A stretch of DNA of 64,000 nucleotides from the human T2T-CHM13v2.0 reference genome, Homo sapiens. Made by a program: the position numbers and the translations under genes. Under the pieces are notes generated by a model. That model saw only the letters and a program-made list of their open reading frames with translations, ran no database searches and had not been told where the DNA came from. Location of the stretch: the NCBI RefSeq assembly GCF_009914755.1, contig NC_060939.1. One strand, 5' to 3'. The first letter of the stretch is position 1; every line of letters starts with the position of its first letter. Of this stretch, positions 39,542 to 51,678 are shown in pieces.

Positions 39542-39584
39542 CTACAATGGCTCCAAGACAGCATGTGGGATCTAAGTAATAACT

Positions 39585-39896
39585 TTTTATTTTTTTTATT
39601 TTTTTTATTTTTGTACAAGACTGGGTCTGGCTTTTTCACCCAGGCTGGAGTGCAGTGGTGCAATCACAGCTCACTGCAGCCACCTCCTGGTCTCAAGCCA
39701 CCCTCCCACCTTAGCCTCCTAAGTAACTTAGGACTACAGTTGTATACCACTATGGTTGGCTAATTTTTGTATTTTTTGCAGAGACAAGGTCTCACTGTAT
39801 TGCTCAGGCTGGTTTCAAATTCTTGAGCTCAAGAGATTTACTAGTCTCAGCCTTCCAAAGTGCTAGGATTACAGGCACGAGACACCGTTCCTGGCC
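39585..39896 (-). mobile_element. AluJ
   Basis: T tail + CAGGCTGGAGTGCAGTGGTGCAATCACAGCTCACTGCAGCC...CCTGGCC. Confidence 0.9.
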
Positions 39897-40496
39897 AGTA
39901 ATTTTGTTTTATTATATTAAGGTGAGGTTTATACCACATTCTTCTGGTTACAGAAGTAATACGTGCTCATTGTATACACTGAAAAATGTAAGCAGTATAA
40001 AGAAGAAAATAAAAAAGGATATGAAAATCACTAGTGGTCCCATTGCCTACCGTAACATTATGTGCTGCTTCTTAATCTTTACTTCCTCTCCCTCCGTGTG
40101 TGTCTTTGTGTGTGTGTGTCTGTCTGTGTGGTTTTTTGTTTGTTTTTTTGGCACATAGTACAATAGCTGACATTTATATCTTCCCGACCAGTGTTGAGCA
40201 TGGTGTTAAGCAATTGACAAAGTGTATTGTATTTAACTCCTACAGAAAACCTAAAAAGGGGAAGGGCAGTATAATTAATAGAATTTTCCAGATGAAAAGA
40301 CTGGGGCCTGAGTTGAGGTTACATTTTATATATGGCATTATATTGTACTTCAGACATGTAACATAGTAAGTGTCCTGGAGAATCTTGGTCTGTTAGTCTG
40401 TATAATAACATAAGCATCTTTTGTGGGATTAATAGTTTTTCCAAAGCATGCCTGGGATGTTTGCATAATATTCTAGTGTTTAAATATGTTGCTTAT

Positions 40497-40872
<376 letters not shown>

Positions 40873-41914
40873 TCAGCAGAAACCTTCATAGGCTAGCTTC
40901 CTAGAAGTAGAGGTATTAGGTCCAAGGTTTTGAATTGTTTTAAAGCTATTGATTTATCTGGATAAAATTGCTTCCAGAGATATTGTCCCATTTTGCTTTC
41001 CAATCAGTGGATCTCACCTTCAGTATTTTGTGCAATTAAAAAAAATAATGTTTCTCCTTTTAAAGATTATATTTAAAATAGCTTTTAAATATGAAAAATT
41101 TGTATCTACAAATAAGAGATAGTGACAAAAAATAAATAATAAAATAAACACAAGAGCAGAAAGTAGATTGAAACATTAAAATTCAAATCACAGGCCTCTG
41201 TTATGGAGAAGACAGCTGCAATAGCTTTTCTGTTCTTTTATCTACATTGGTAGGTTCTTCTTTTAATTAATTTTTACCCCAACTTAAGTGCTGGCTGGTT
41301 TGGCAATTTGTTGCTGGGATGGAAAGAAGAAATGTGCACCTTGTCTTTTGCAGGTTATGAGAGCCTTGTCTGTCCTTGTGGTTGTGTGGGTGTCTGTTAG
41401 ATTATTGTGAATACTGAGCTTTGAAAATAACCTAACAGTCAATCAATTGCTGAGCTTCTATTACCAGTAGTGGGACATAATGTACATCATGTAGATAGGC
41501 AGGCTTGTCACTGACAAGGGGGCTGACCCCTGGAAAACCAGCACAGAGCCAGCTCTTCTGTGTGAATCCACTCTCTCCAGAATATACCATAAGTCATGGA
41601 AAGAAATAAGAGTCTCAGGAAATGAGACTCTTACCGCGATGAGAGGTGAACCTTGAAATCTATTTTAGCAATTAGGAAGAGAAGTCCCATTTCGCATCCC
41701 AAATCAAGTAGAGGCCTGCTAGTCCAAACATAGTTTCTGAATAACCTGAGTCACCTGGGCCCTGAGGAATCCTGGCCTCTTAGTCCACATTTGCAGAAAT
41801 ATCAGGAGGTCAATCAGGAAGCTGGTTAGGCAGCTCAACACAGGGTCAGAAAGCTCCTAGGTATGCAAATAAATGTGCACACTGGAAATTGAGTTCTGTA
41901 ATTTTTCCATGACC

Positions 41915-42107
41915 TAGAAAATTATGATGATGAAAATGTTCTACATTCATGCTGCCTAGTTCAGTAGCCACTAGCCACATGTGGCTATTGAGTAATTGAG
42001 ATGTGGCTAGTACAACTGACCAGCTAATGTTAAATTTTGTTTTATTTGAATTAATTTTAATTTTAATAGTCACCTGTGGCTATTGGCTACTGCACTGGAT
42101 AGCACAG
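41915..42107. mobile_element. MER3-like hAT-Charlie DNA transposon
   Basis: GTAGCCACTAGCCACATGTGGCTATTGAG...TTTAATAGTCACCTGTGGCTATTGGCTACTGCACTGGATAGCACAG. Confidence 0.75.
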
Positions 42108-42223
42108 AGATGAGAAATAATAGAAACCTTTTTTGTTGTTGTTTCAATGGCTAACATTGTCAAAAGCTGAATTCCTGTTTTATGTAAAATTTTGGTTTAT
42201 ATTTTCTCAAAGAAGGGAAGTAC

Positions 42224-42254
<31 letters not shown>

Positions 42255-42867
42255 GGATGATCAAGCAGAACTTTGGTAAGGAAGGGTGAAGCAGAGACAC
42301 TTAACTCAGAGTGGGGAAAACAGCAATGACCTTGTTTGAAATGCAGCTCCTGTCTATGTGGCTCTCTGTGCTCTGTTGGGGTGTCAGTTCTTTACTTCTT
42401 AGTTAAAGCAGTTATTTCGGCGGTGCAATGCTTTTTTGTTCAATAAGCATGACTTTTTACACAGCTGGTTTATCTCCAGTATGGAAACTCTCTGCTTAAT
42501 CATCTTGATTTCTCTGGGCTTGTTCCTACTCTGCAGATTTAAGCATGACACTTGTATCTCTCTCTCCAGGCTCTGATCTAGGATGACAGCTTCTATGATG
42601 TGCCCATCTACAGAAATATGCAAATTGCAACTTTAGGAAGATTAAAAGAGGGCCCTGCAAAAGGCATCTACAGGCCCCATGTGCTGTTCACCTTTCTTAT
42701 TTATTGGTGAAGTGAGTCCTCATCCATTTATTGGGCAGTTGCAAGCAAAGGAATTAACTATGACAATTCACCTTGATGTACAACAATTTAGTCTGTTTGG
42801 AGTTTCCACTGTTGGAAAAAACCTAGTTATCCTAATTAAGAACAGTTACAGATAGTATAGTGATAGC

Positions 42868-43193
42868 TTTTTTTTTTTTTTTTTGAGACAGGGTCTTGCT
42901 CTGTCACTCAGATTGGAGTGGAGTAGCATGATCATGGCTCACTGCAGCCTCAACCTCCCTGGGCTCAGTGATTCTCCCACCTCAGTCTCCTGAGTAACTG
43001 GGAATACAAGCACATGCCACCATGCCTGAATATTTTTTCTATTTTGTTTTGTTTTATTTGTTTTGTTTCGTTTTGTAGAGATGGGGTTTTGCCATGTCAC
43101 CTAGGCTGGTATTGAACTTCTGGACTCAGGTGATCCTGTCTCCTCAGCCTCCCAAAGTACTGGGATTACAGGTGTGAACCAGCATGCCATGCC
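42868..43193 (-). mobile_element. AluJ
   Basis: Reverse Alu; TSD TATAGTGATA at 42856-42865 and 43194-43203. Confidence 0.92.
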
Positions 43194-43516
43194 TATAGTG
43201 ATACCTTTAAGTAACCCTCTCTTTTCTTCTTTTGGGCAATTTTTCAAAGCAACAGGCACTTTATTAAATAAGAAAGTTGATGTGCTTTCCTAATGCCTGC
43301 TAATAAAGTAAAGAACCAAGGAACCTCTGTGATTTCAATGAAATCCCTCCAGATGTTATAGGCTACTTGTTACAGACAGGTATGATAGGAAGTGTGGTCA
43401 AGCTGTGATAGGCAAATAGATCTTGCTGAAGAGGAAGAATGATTGGCTAAGATAATGTCCCAGGACAGCTGGCATACCTTTAGACACAGCTAAATTGAAT
43501 GCTTTCTGAGGATGAG

Positions 43517-43907
43517 TGTATTAGTCTGTCTCACATGCTATAAAGACATACCTGAGAATGGGTAATTGAAAAAGAAAAGAGATTGAATTGGCTCACAGTT
43601 CTGTGGGCTGTACAGACTTATGCTTATAGGGAAGCCTCAGGAAACTTACAATCATGGCAGAAGGTGAAAAGGAAGCAAGCACATATTCACATGGCTGAAA
43701 CGAGTCAGGGGAGGTGCTTTTTAACTTTTTAAACAAGCAGATCTTAGGATAACTTTATCATCAGACAGCACTAGGGGGATGAGGCTAAACCATTAGAAAC
43801 CACCTCCATGATGCAAACACCTTCTACTAAGCCTCTCCTCCAACACTGGCAATTACAATTCCACATCAGATTGGGGATGCGGGGGTGCACAAATCCAAAC
43901 CATATCA
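43517..43907 (-). mobile_element. MSTA/MST-type MaLR solo LTR
   Basis: TGTATTAGTCTG...GCTATAAAGACATACCTGAGA...GGAAACTTACAATCATGGCAGAAGGTGAA...AAATCCAAACCATATCA. Confidence 0.88.
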
Positions 43908-44607
43908 AGAAGCATGTTAAAAATTGAGGGAAGTTCTAATCAAATGGCAAGTCAGGACATGGCATTCCATCAACATAACACTCCTCTCAATACATTCCAA
44001 AATGGGAGAAAGGAAAAAGTGCAAGGATGAAGAAGGGACACAGCAAAATGACAAGATGACTAACAAGATGACCCCTGTGGAAAGCATTTACTGATTCAAC
44101 AACCAAATAATGAAGAAAATAAGAGCAAATTTGCTGAGTTTCTATGCTCTTTATGTTTATTAGGGAAGGGCAAAAGCCAGTCCCTCGACATTGTTACTGT
44201 TAATTAACATAATCACTGCCTGCTCTTAAGTGTCTAGATACTTTCAAGAATCTAGTATTATCCTCACTTAAATGTTTTTTGGATGTGCCCTGTCATGCAT
44301 GTGATATTGCAAAAAGATTCTACATTAACCACAGCAAGATGGCTATGTAATAATTGGGATCACTTTAGGGGAGCATATTTCTACCACATTTTGAGATGGA
44401 AAATGAAGTAAAGATATCCATTTGTCAATTTCTTCTACATTATGCCAAACATTCAAAGAGATTATTTTATTTATTTCAAAGATGTACACATGTTGAAATT
44501 AAAATTTAAATTAAGAAAATTTATAAACTGAGTCAAAAGAAAAGTAAGCGAGGCAGTTCTGCACGCCCTGAAGTGTCAGGCATATATGACTAAAGTATTC
44601 GGCATTT

Positions 44608-44890
44608 GGCCAGGTGTGGTAGCTCATGCTGTCATTCCAGGATGTTGAGAGGCTGAGGCAGGTGGATTGCTTGAGCTCAGAACTTTGAGACCAAGCAAGG
44701 CAACATGGTGGAACCCTATCTCTACGAAAAATATGAAAATTAGCCAAGCATGGTGGTGCTCGCCTTTTTATACCACCTACTGGAAAAGCTAAGGTGAGAG
44801 GATCATTTGAACCCAGGAGGTCAAGGCTGCAGTAAGCTCTGGTTGCACCACTGCACTCCAACCTGGGTGCAAGAGGGGGACCCTCTGCCC
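44608..44890 (+). mobile_element. AluJ without poly(A) tail
   Basis: GGCCAGGTGTGGTAGCTCA...GCACTCCAACCTGGGTGCAAGAGGGGGACCCTCTG, then unique sequence with no A tail. Confidence 0.85.
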
Positions 44891-46769
44891 AGGACTCTTG
44901 GGATATGACTATACCCATAGGGACTGCCCGCAGTAACCTCACATTTGAGTGGAAGTGGAGATCATATGTACCTGTACCAATATGTAGTGAAAAAGGAAAA
45001 CATAAGAAATCATGGCAGAAATGGCACAAAGTATAAAAGAGGCTTGGTGTAATTGAGAGAGGCATTCTGGTGATAAAATTTGAACTGATTTCTGGAGAAT
45101 GGGTTGAATTCCAATAGAGGGAGATGGACCAAAGTTAATTCTGATGAGGGAAATGTCTTGAGCAAAATCTAGAAAAGGGAAACATGCCCATTTTAAGTGT
45201 TAATGAGGGTCCAGTTGGGGTACAGTGCAGGAAGAGAGTTCTAGTGAAAAGGTAGTTGGTCTGATAGGACAGGGTCTTGCAGGCAGAGGCAGATACTATC
45301 ATTATTCCATTGTTCAGATTGGAAAACAGACACAGAGAGCCCAAGGTCACAAAGCCAGAAAGTGAATCTGGGCAGTCTAGCGGTAGCACCCTCTTCTTAA
45401 ATGATCTATTAAAGGGCCTCTTCTCCAGGCACTCTAAAACTCTTCTCCATCTTTAGCTCCCCCAGAGTACAGTGAGGCCCCCTGTCTACCTCACATGATG
45501 GGGTCTCAGAAAAGCAACAGATCCCAACTCATACTAGCTTTTAAATAAAAAAAAAAAAACCTTGCAAAACAAGAAGTGCAGAGGTTGGGAGAGAGCCAGC
45601 ACTGGTTAATTCAGCAGCTCAACAATAAATCCAAGACCTGGGTATTGGTTCACCTCTCCACACCACCATCCTCATGGGCCAGCTTCTACCTCCTCCTGAA
45701 TGCTGTGTCTTTGCCTAGTTTTCTCCCTGATTTTAGCTCAAGTGCTGCTTCCTGGGGGCAACCTTTCCTGCCTCCCTCTTGGGGTCAGTCCACCTTCCCA
45801 GGCTCTTGCAGCACCCCTGGGTCTGCTTAACTTTCCCTTGTTACATAATTCTGTGACTAACATCACCTCTTTCTGTTAGACTCTCAGCTCCACTAGAGAA
45901 GAAATTCTGTGCATTTTTGCTCACTATTGAACCCTGGAGTCTACTACTCAAATATTTGTCAAATGAGTAAATGGTAGCTCTGTGCAGGGCCGAGGAACAC
46001 AAGAACCACAAGAAACATGCAATCTGCCAAAATACTCATTACAGCTCACTCTCCTCTGGTGACATTTCCCTGAGGCACATTCCTGTTGGTTTCTTCCCCT
46101 CAAGAAGCATTCTTCTTTCTCCTTCCTATAAAAGCCAGGATTTTCTCAGATAGCCACACCATGCCCCATGCAAAGAGATTTGGATTATTCTATCATCTTG
46201 AGGCATTTCTGTGGAAACTGCTGTCAGTCCAGGTGGCCCATGACCTAAGCTGACCCAAGCCGACTGAAGGGAGGACGTATTCTATGCACTCTATGCAGTT
46301 CCACAGGGTGCTGGTTGTCCCGGCTGCTGCTGGTGGTCTTCATGTAGCCAAGGTATCACTAGTGCATATGGAGAAAACAGAGCAACTGGAGAGAAACCGA
46401 GTAGGTAAAAGTGGGCAGGGCTTGGTGATGTTTGGGGATATGATATGAGCGATAAGACAGAGGATGGTCTTAGGAAAATCTCCTGTATTTTCCTTTTGGA
46501 CAATGGTATAAATGAATAAAAGTTCCAATCACTGGGATAGAAAACACTTGGAAAATATGAGATTCATTCAGGCAAGCCTTTCATACACTATTCCATAATC
46601 AGTTTCATAAGTGAAAGGGAGTCAGAACTCATTTCTACCTTGTTTGCTTCTATCATACTGTGTTGTACCCTGTTGGATCTACTTATCACATTCCTCCTGC
46701 TAGTGGACTTACCTGCTAATGTTTGCACTTCTGCCTTGCCAGCATGGAACCTCTGAGACAGCAGGAGCA

Positions 46770-46796
46770 GTGTGTGTGCATGCATGTGTGTGTGCA

Positions 46797-46829
<33 letters not shown>
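46770..46829. repeat. (TG)n microsatellite
   Basis: Perfect TG run at 46801-46829 preceded by imperfect TG. Confidence 0.9.
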
Positions 46830-46832
<3 letters not shown>

Positions 46833-49324
46833 TGGATTCCCCACAGCACATTATTGTTTTATCCATAGTAAATGGTGGATGAATATTTGCAGGATTTAGC
46901 TGGACTGCAGCATTGTGGAGGTCAGATAACCACATTTTGACAGACAAGTTGCATTCTAACCTTGAAGCAGACAAAATGCCCATCTTATCAGCCTCGCTCA
47001 CATCAGCTGTGCCTTTCCTTTGTGGTTGTATGTTTATGAAGCTCATCCAACAAGCTTCTTAAAAAGGGGATTGGACCTTCGCCAGCCTCAGGCTGCATGG
47101 CAGGGTGACTGTGTCTTTGAATATCCCAGATGGAGGCTGGTCACCCTTTTGTCTTTGGGTGAATAGACTACTCAGGAAGGCAGGGATGCAGGCACCCCCA
47201 TTTCTTGTTAATGAGTTTGCAATTTATTTTGGCAGATCTAAAATAATAATTCAAAGGCAGTGTAGAAGAAGATGGGGACATTACTTTTAATTGTTTAATA
47301 TTGTTATGACATGACATGTGCTTACAGAAAGAGAGGCAAGCCACCATCTTCAAGGGAGGGCATAGTCATCGACTGTGATCCTGGTGTCCATGTTGGAATA
47401 TCATGGCAACTGTCTCCCAGCACTGAACTCGATGACTTCTGCTGCATTCCCAGTGTTAGCTGAGTTGCTTAATTTACTTTCTTCAACGCCATGTGTGAAA
47501 GGGAAGCTAGAAAACTGCACTATGTATGGCTTCGTGCACTGAAAATTTGACATTATCAAAGGAGGCATGATCTTGTTTCTCTCCATCCCTCTCCAAATGT
47601 TTTCTATAATTATATTCAGAGGCTCATGGGTCTTACCATGGGTGATCAAGGAAGGGCTGGTAACTCTTTCAACCACAGGTAAAATATTACAAACATCTGA
47701 AATATGCATTTTTACAGGTGAGAGAAATGAGGCCAGAAAAGTTAAGTGCATCATGTTGAGTACAATTTTATTTGGTGATCAGGCAGCCCTGGGTTCAAAT
47801 CCTGGCTCTATTGCTACCAATTAAGCCACTTAACTCCATCTGAGCCTCAGGTTGCCCATCTGCATAATAAGCAGTAATAGCAGCTGTCCTGCAGGACTAC
47901 TGTGAGAATTACAACTCAGGCAATGATCATGATATTTCTTGGCACAGAGGTGTTCACTACCTAGGTAGTGTTATTATTATTAGGCCTAAAGTCACAAAGG
48001 GAGTTTTTGAGAACGCTGGAATGAAAACTTGTTCCTCTCAGCTCTGAGCTTATTAGAGCCCACCGTTTTGCATGAATAAAGCAGCCCTGGAGTCTCTCAG
48101 GGGAGGGTGTTTGTAACATCTGTTCAGGCACGGTTTCATTTGCTATATACCCAGAGACTAGCACGGTACAAGTTGTGGGGAGATACTCATGTGAGTTGGC
48201 GGACTTTGGGTCAAATATTTTCCCTAAACCCAGGTCTCTATGGCATTCTACAGTACACTCTGCATCCTTCTAAGGGACACTGGAAGAGCAAATGGATTGT
48301 ACAGTGAGTTACAAATAAAATGGCCAATCTCAGCATGAAAGGCTGGGGGTGTTACCTGAATGAGGATGCAGACCACTCCATCTACATACAAGCAAACCTA
48401 AGTGACCATGAGCCTGCCGGAAAGAAATCACATGCTATGTAAAGGCTTAGTAACAGTGATGAATATTTGAACTTGAACTCCAGCTCCAGAGCAGTTCAGT
48501 GGCCTCTCTTCCAGGAACAGAAGCCAAAGCAGCTCAGGATTCTTGAAGGCTCTGAAAGGTCAATGACAATCCTGGTATATGTCAAGACTTTCCCACCAAA
48601 GAAGGGCTCCATGTGTAGAGACTTAGAAAGGATTCCCAACTTCCGCCCCTTCAAAACCAGAAACAAAGGTGGGGGACAGCCCAATTAAGTGGCCCTAGAG
48701 ATTTGCCCAGGAGCTGGAGCCCTCCGGAGAAGTCCAGTTTTCCTATGCAGGGAGAGGACTGGGAGTTCTCTGGTCACAAGCGTTCTGCCTTTGTTTTCAT
48801 GAAGCTATGTCTCTTACCTGGTAAGAAAAATGGAACTTCATGCAGCTGCTGAAAACTTTAACCAAAACCCAAAGATGCTGGCACAAAGAAAGGAGGCCTG
48901 AAGAAAACAAGTGACCATGGAAACACATTTAGCTCTTAATCTGACCAATTTCTCATGGGCCAGGCCTGGTGCCAGGAATGCTGTGATGAATAAGGCCTGA
49001 GCTGAGATTGTGAGGATGAGACGGAGTCCACCCTGTGGGGATCTGGGATGATAGAAGGGCTCCGCAGATAGAGGACCCGGTGGCCAGAAGTTCTGCTGAG
49101 TGGAAAAGGGCTCGGAGTAACTGAGGTCAGCTGGATTCCTTAAACATTGCCCAGAGCCCTTGAAGCCATCTAAGGGCACACTTCTCAGGCCTGCTCCGAA
49201 CCACACTCAACTGGGAATCTTTTAAGGACAGCTGCTCTGTTAGGCTTGCCTGAGATGGTGCAGTTTTCCCCCGCGGCGGCAGAGGCACAGACAGTTAAGA
49301 ATGCAGGAGCGGGGCCTCACAATG

Positions 49325-51460
49325 CCTTGGACTAGGGCAAAGGAGGACCCCCGCCTCTCCCCTCCCGGGGCTAAGACATGGGAGGACCCCGACCGGTGGA
49401 TCCATTGACTCTGGCACCAGAGGATCCCCGCTCTCCAGCGCCCTAGACTGAGGCAACAGAAGACCTCAGACCTGCTCCATCCTGAACTAGAGCACAGTGG
49501 GACCCGCGACCTGCCGTGGTCTCAGGCACTGGAGGACACCTGCAACGCCGTGCGCTAGACTATGCTACTGAAGGACCTCTACCGCGGCTCAGCCCTGGAC
49601 TAAGGCACCGGAGGATCCCCGCCCTGCCCCGCCCCGCGGTGTCCTGGACTGTGCACTGCAGAACCCCCACCCTTCCACACCCTGGACTCTGGCTCCCGAG
49701 GACCTTGGCCCCGGCTCGCCCTGAACTACTCCTGCCCCTCAGCGCCCTGGACTGTGGTTCCAGAGGACCTGGTCCTGGGGCAACTTGTGCTACCGCGTGG
49801 ACTCCAGGACCCCAGTCCTTCCACGCCCTAGACCAAGACACGGGAGAACCTCTGACTCGCCGCCCCCGAACTAGGGCACCAGAGGACCCACACCTTGCCG
49901 TGCCCCGGACTACAGCACGGAAGGACCCCCGATCCGCCGGGCACTGGGCTCCTGCACAGAGGGACCCCCGCCATGGAGGTCTGGACTACCCCTGCCCCAC
50001 CGCACCCTGGACTACTGCACGCCAAGACCCTCGCCTGAACACGCCCTACACTCTGGCATGGGGGAACCCGGCCCCGCAGAGCCCTGGACTCTGGCATTGG
50101 AGGACTCCTCGGCTAGGTTCTGGACTCCTGCACCAGAGGACTCCTGCCCTGCCACACCCTGGACACCTGCACTAGAGAACCCTGCCCCGTCGCCCCCTAG
50201 ACTATGGCACGGGAGGACCCCTGCCACCGACTTCGGCACGGTAAGACCCCTGACCCGCCTTGCACTGGATTCCAGCACTGGAGGACCCCCTGCCACGGCG
50301 CTCTCTGGACTACCCCTGCGCCACCGCGTCCTGCACTACAGCACAGCAGGACCGCCGTCCCACCGCGCACTGGACTGAGGCACAGCAGCACCCGGGCCTC
50401 GTGGTTGGTGGACCGCAGGACGAGGTGACCCCCCGCCCCGCTGCGCGTTGGACTATGGCACAGGAGGACCACCATTCCCGCATGCCCTGGACCACTGCAG
50501 GACAGGTCCCCCACTCCGCAGCGGCCTGGAATATGGCACTGCAGGACCCCCGCCCTGCTGCTCCACGGACTCCACCACTGAAGACCCTCGCCCCCCTGCA
50601 CCCTGGACAAAGGCACGGGAGGACCCGGCTTCACCGCCCAGTGGGCTATCGCATAGGAAAACCCCCAGCCCACCCCCATCGCGCCAGAGACTCTGACAAG
50701 AGAGAACCCCTGCCCCCTGCTCCCCGGACTACAGCAAGGCAGGAACCACCCTCCTCCAGGATCCTCACTATGGCAACTGTGGAACCCTGCCCTGGTACGC
50801 CCTGGACTAAGTCACCGAAGGACCCCGACCCCACCACACCGTGAACTCCAGCACTGGAGGACCATTGCCTTACTGCGGACTCAAGCACTGGACTATCGCA
50901 GGGCTGGATCCCTGTCCCGCCATGCCCTACACTATGGCACGGGAGGACCCAGCCTCACTGAGCTCTGGACTCCAGCACCGGAGGACACCTACACGGAGGA
51001 CTCCTGCTCCGCCACGTCCTGGACTCCTGCACAAGAGAACCCCCGCCCCGCGGCACCCTGGATATAGCAAGGCAGGAATCCCGCCCTGCAGTGTTCTGGA
51101 CTGCGGCACCTGAGAATCCATGCCCCATCGCGCCCTGGACTGCTGCTCCACAGGACTCCTGTTCCACTGCACCCTGGACTATGGCACCAGAGGACCCAGC
51201 CCCCTGGCGTCTTGGACTAAGGCACAGTAGGACCCCGCAGCATCGTGTACTCCTGCACAGGAGGACCCTCGCAGGGCTGCGTCCTGGACTGAGCTACTGA
51301 AGGAGCCTCACCCCTGCCTCACCCTGGTCTAAGGCACTGGAGAACTCTTGCTCCGCAGAGCTGCGGACTCTTGCACGAGAGAACCTGCGCCCAGCCGTGC
51401 CCTGGACTGTGGCACAGTAGGGCCCACACCGGGCCATGGACTCCTGTACTGGAGGAAGAG
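49325..51460. repeat. CpG-rich diverged minisatellite, ~38-39-bp unit, ~55 copies
   Basis: Consensus approx. CCCTGGACTAYGGCACCGGAGGACCCCCGCCCCGCCGC; CTGGAC/CTAGAC anchors at e.g. 50120, 50159, 50197; plus strand C-rich, minus strand G-rich. Confidence 0.9.
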
Positions 51461-51564
51461 TGGTGATAAATGTCCAGGTTTACAAGTTGAAAAGTAGCAG
51501 TCAATGTGCTACAATGGATGGATTTGATGTAAAATTACAAATGCTGAAAACATTATGTGTAATT

Positions 51565-51678
51565 GCCTAGCCAGATCAATTACACAAGACAAAGAAATAA
51601 AAGAAATCCATATAGGGAAGGAAGAGGTAAGATTGTTTCTGTTTTCTGAAAATATAATCTTAAGATACAGAAAATCTT
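51565..51678 (+). mobile_element. Old L1 ORF2 (RT region), left part of the element split by the CXADR retrocopy
   Basis: CCTAGCCAGATCAATTACACAAGACAAAGAAATAAAAG...GGAAGAGGTAAGATTGTTTCTGTTTTCTGAAAAT continues colinearly at 54967. Confidence 0.8.

Noticed and set aside
49516-51504. Pro/Trp-rich ORFs in the 38-bp array
   Set aside because: Unit lengths vary and shift frame; similar peptides appear in all frames
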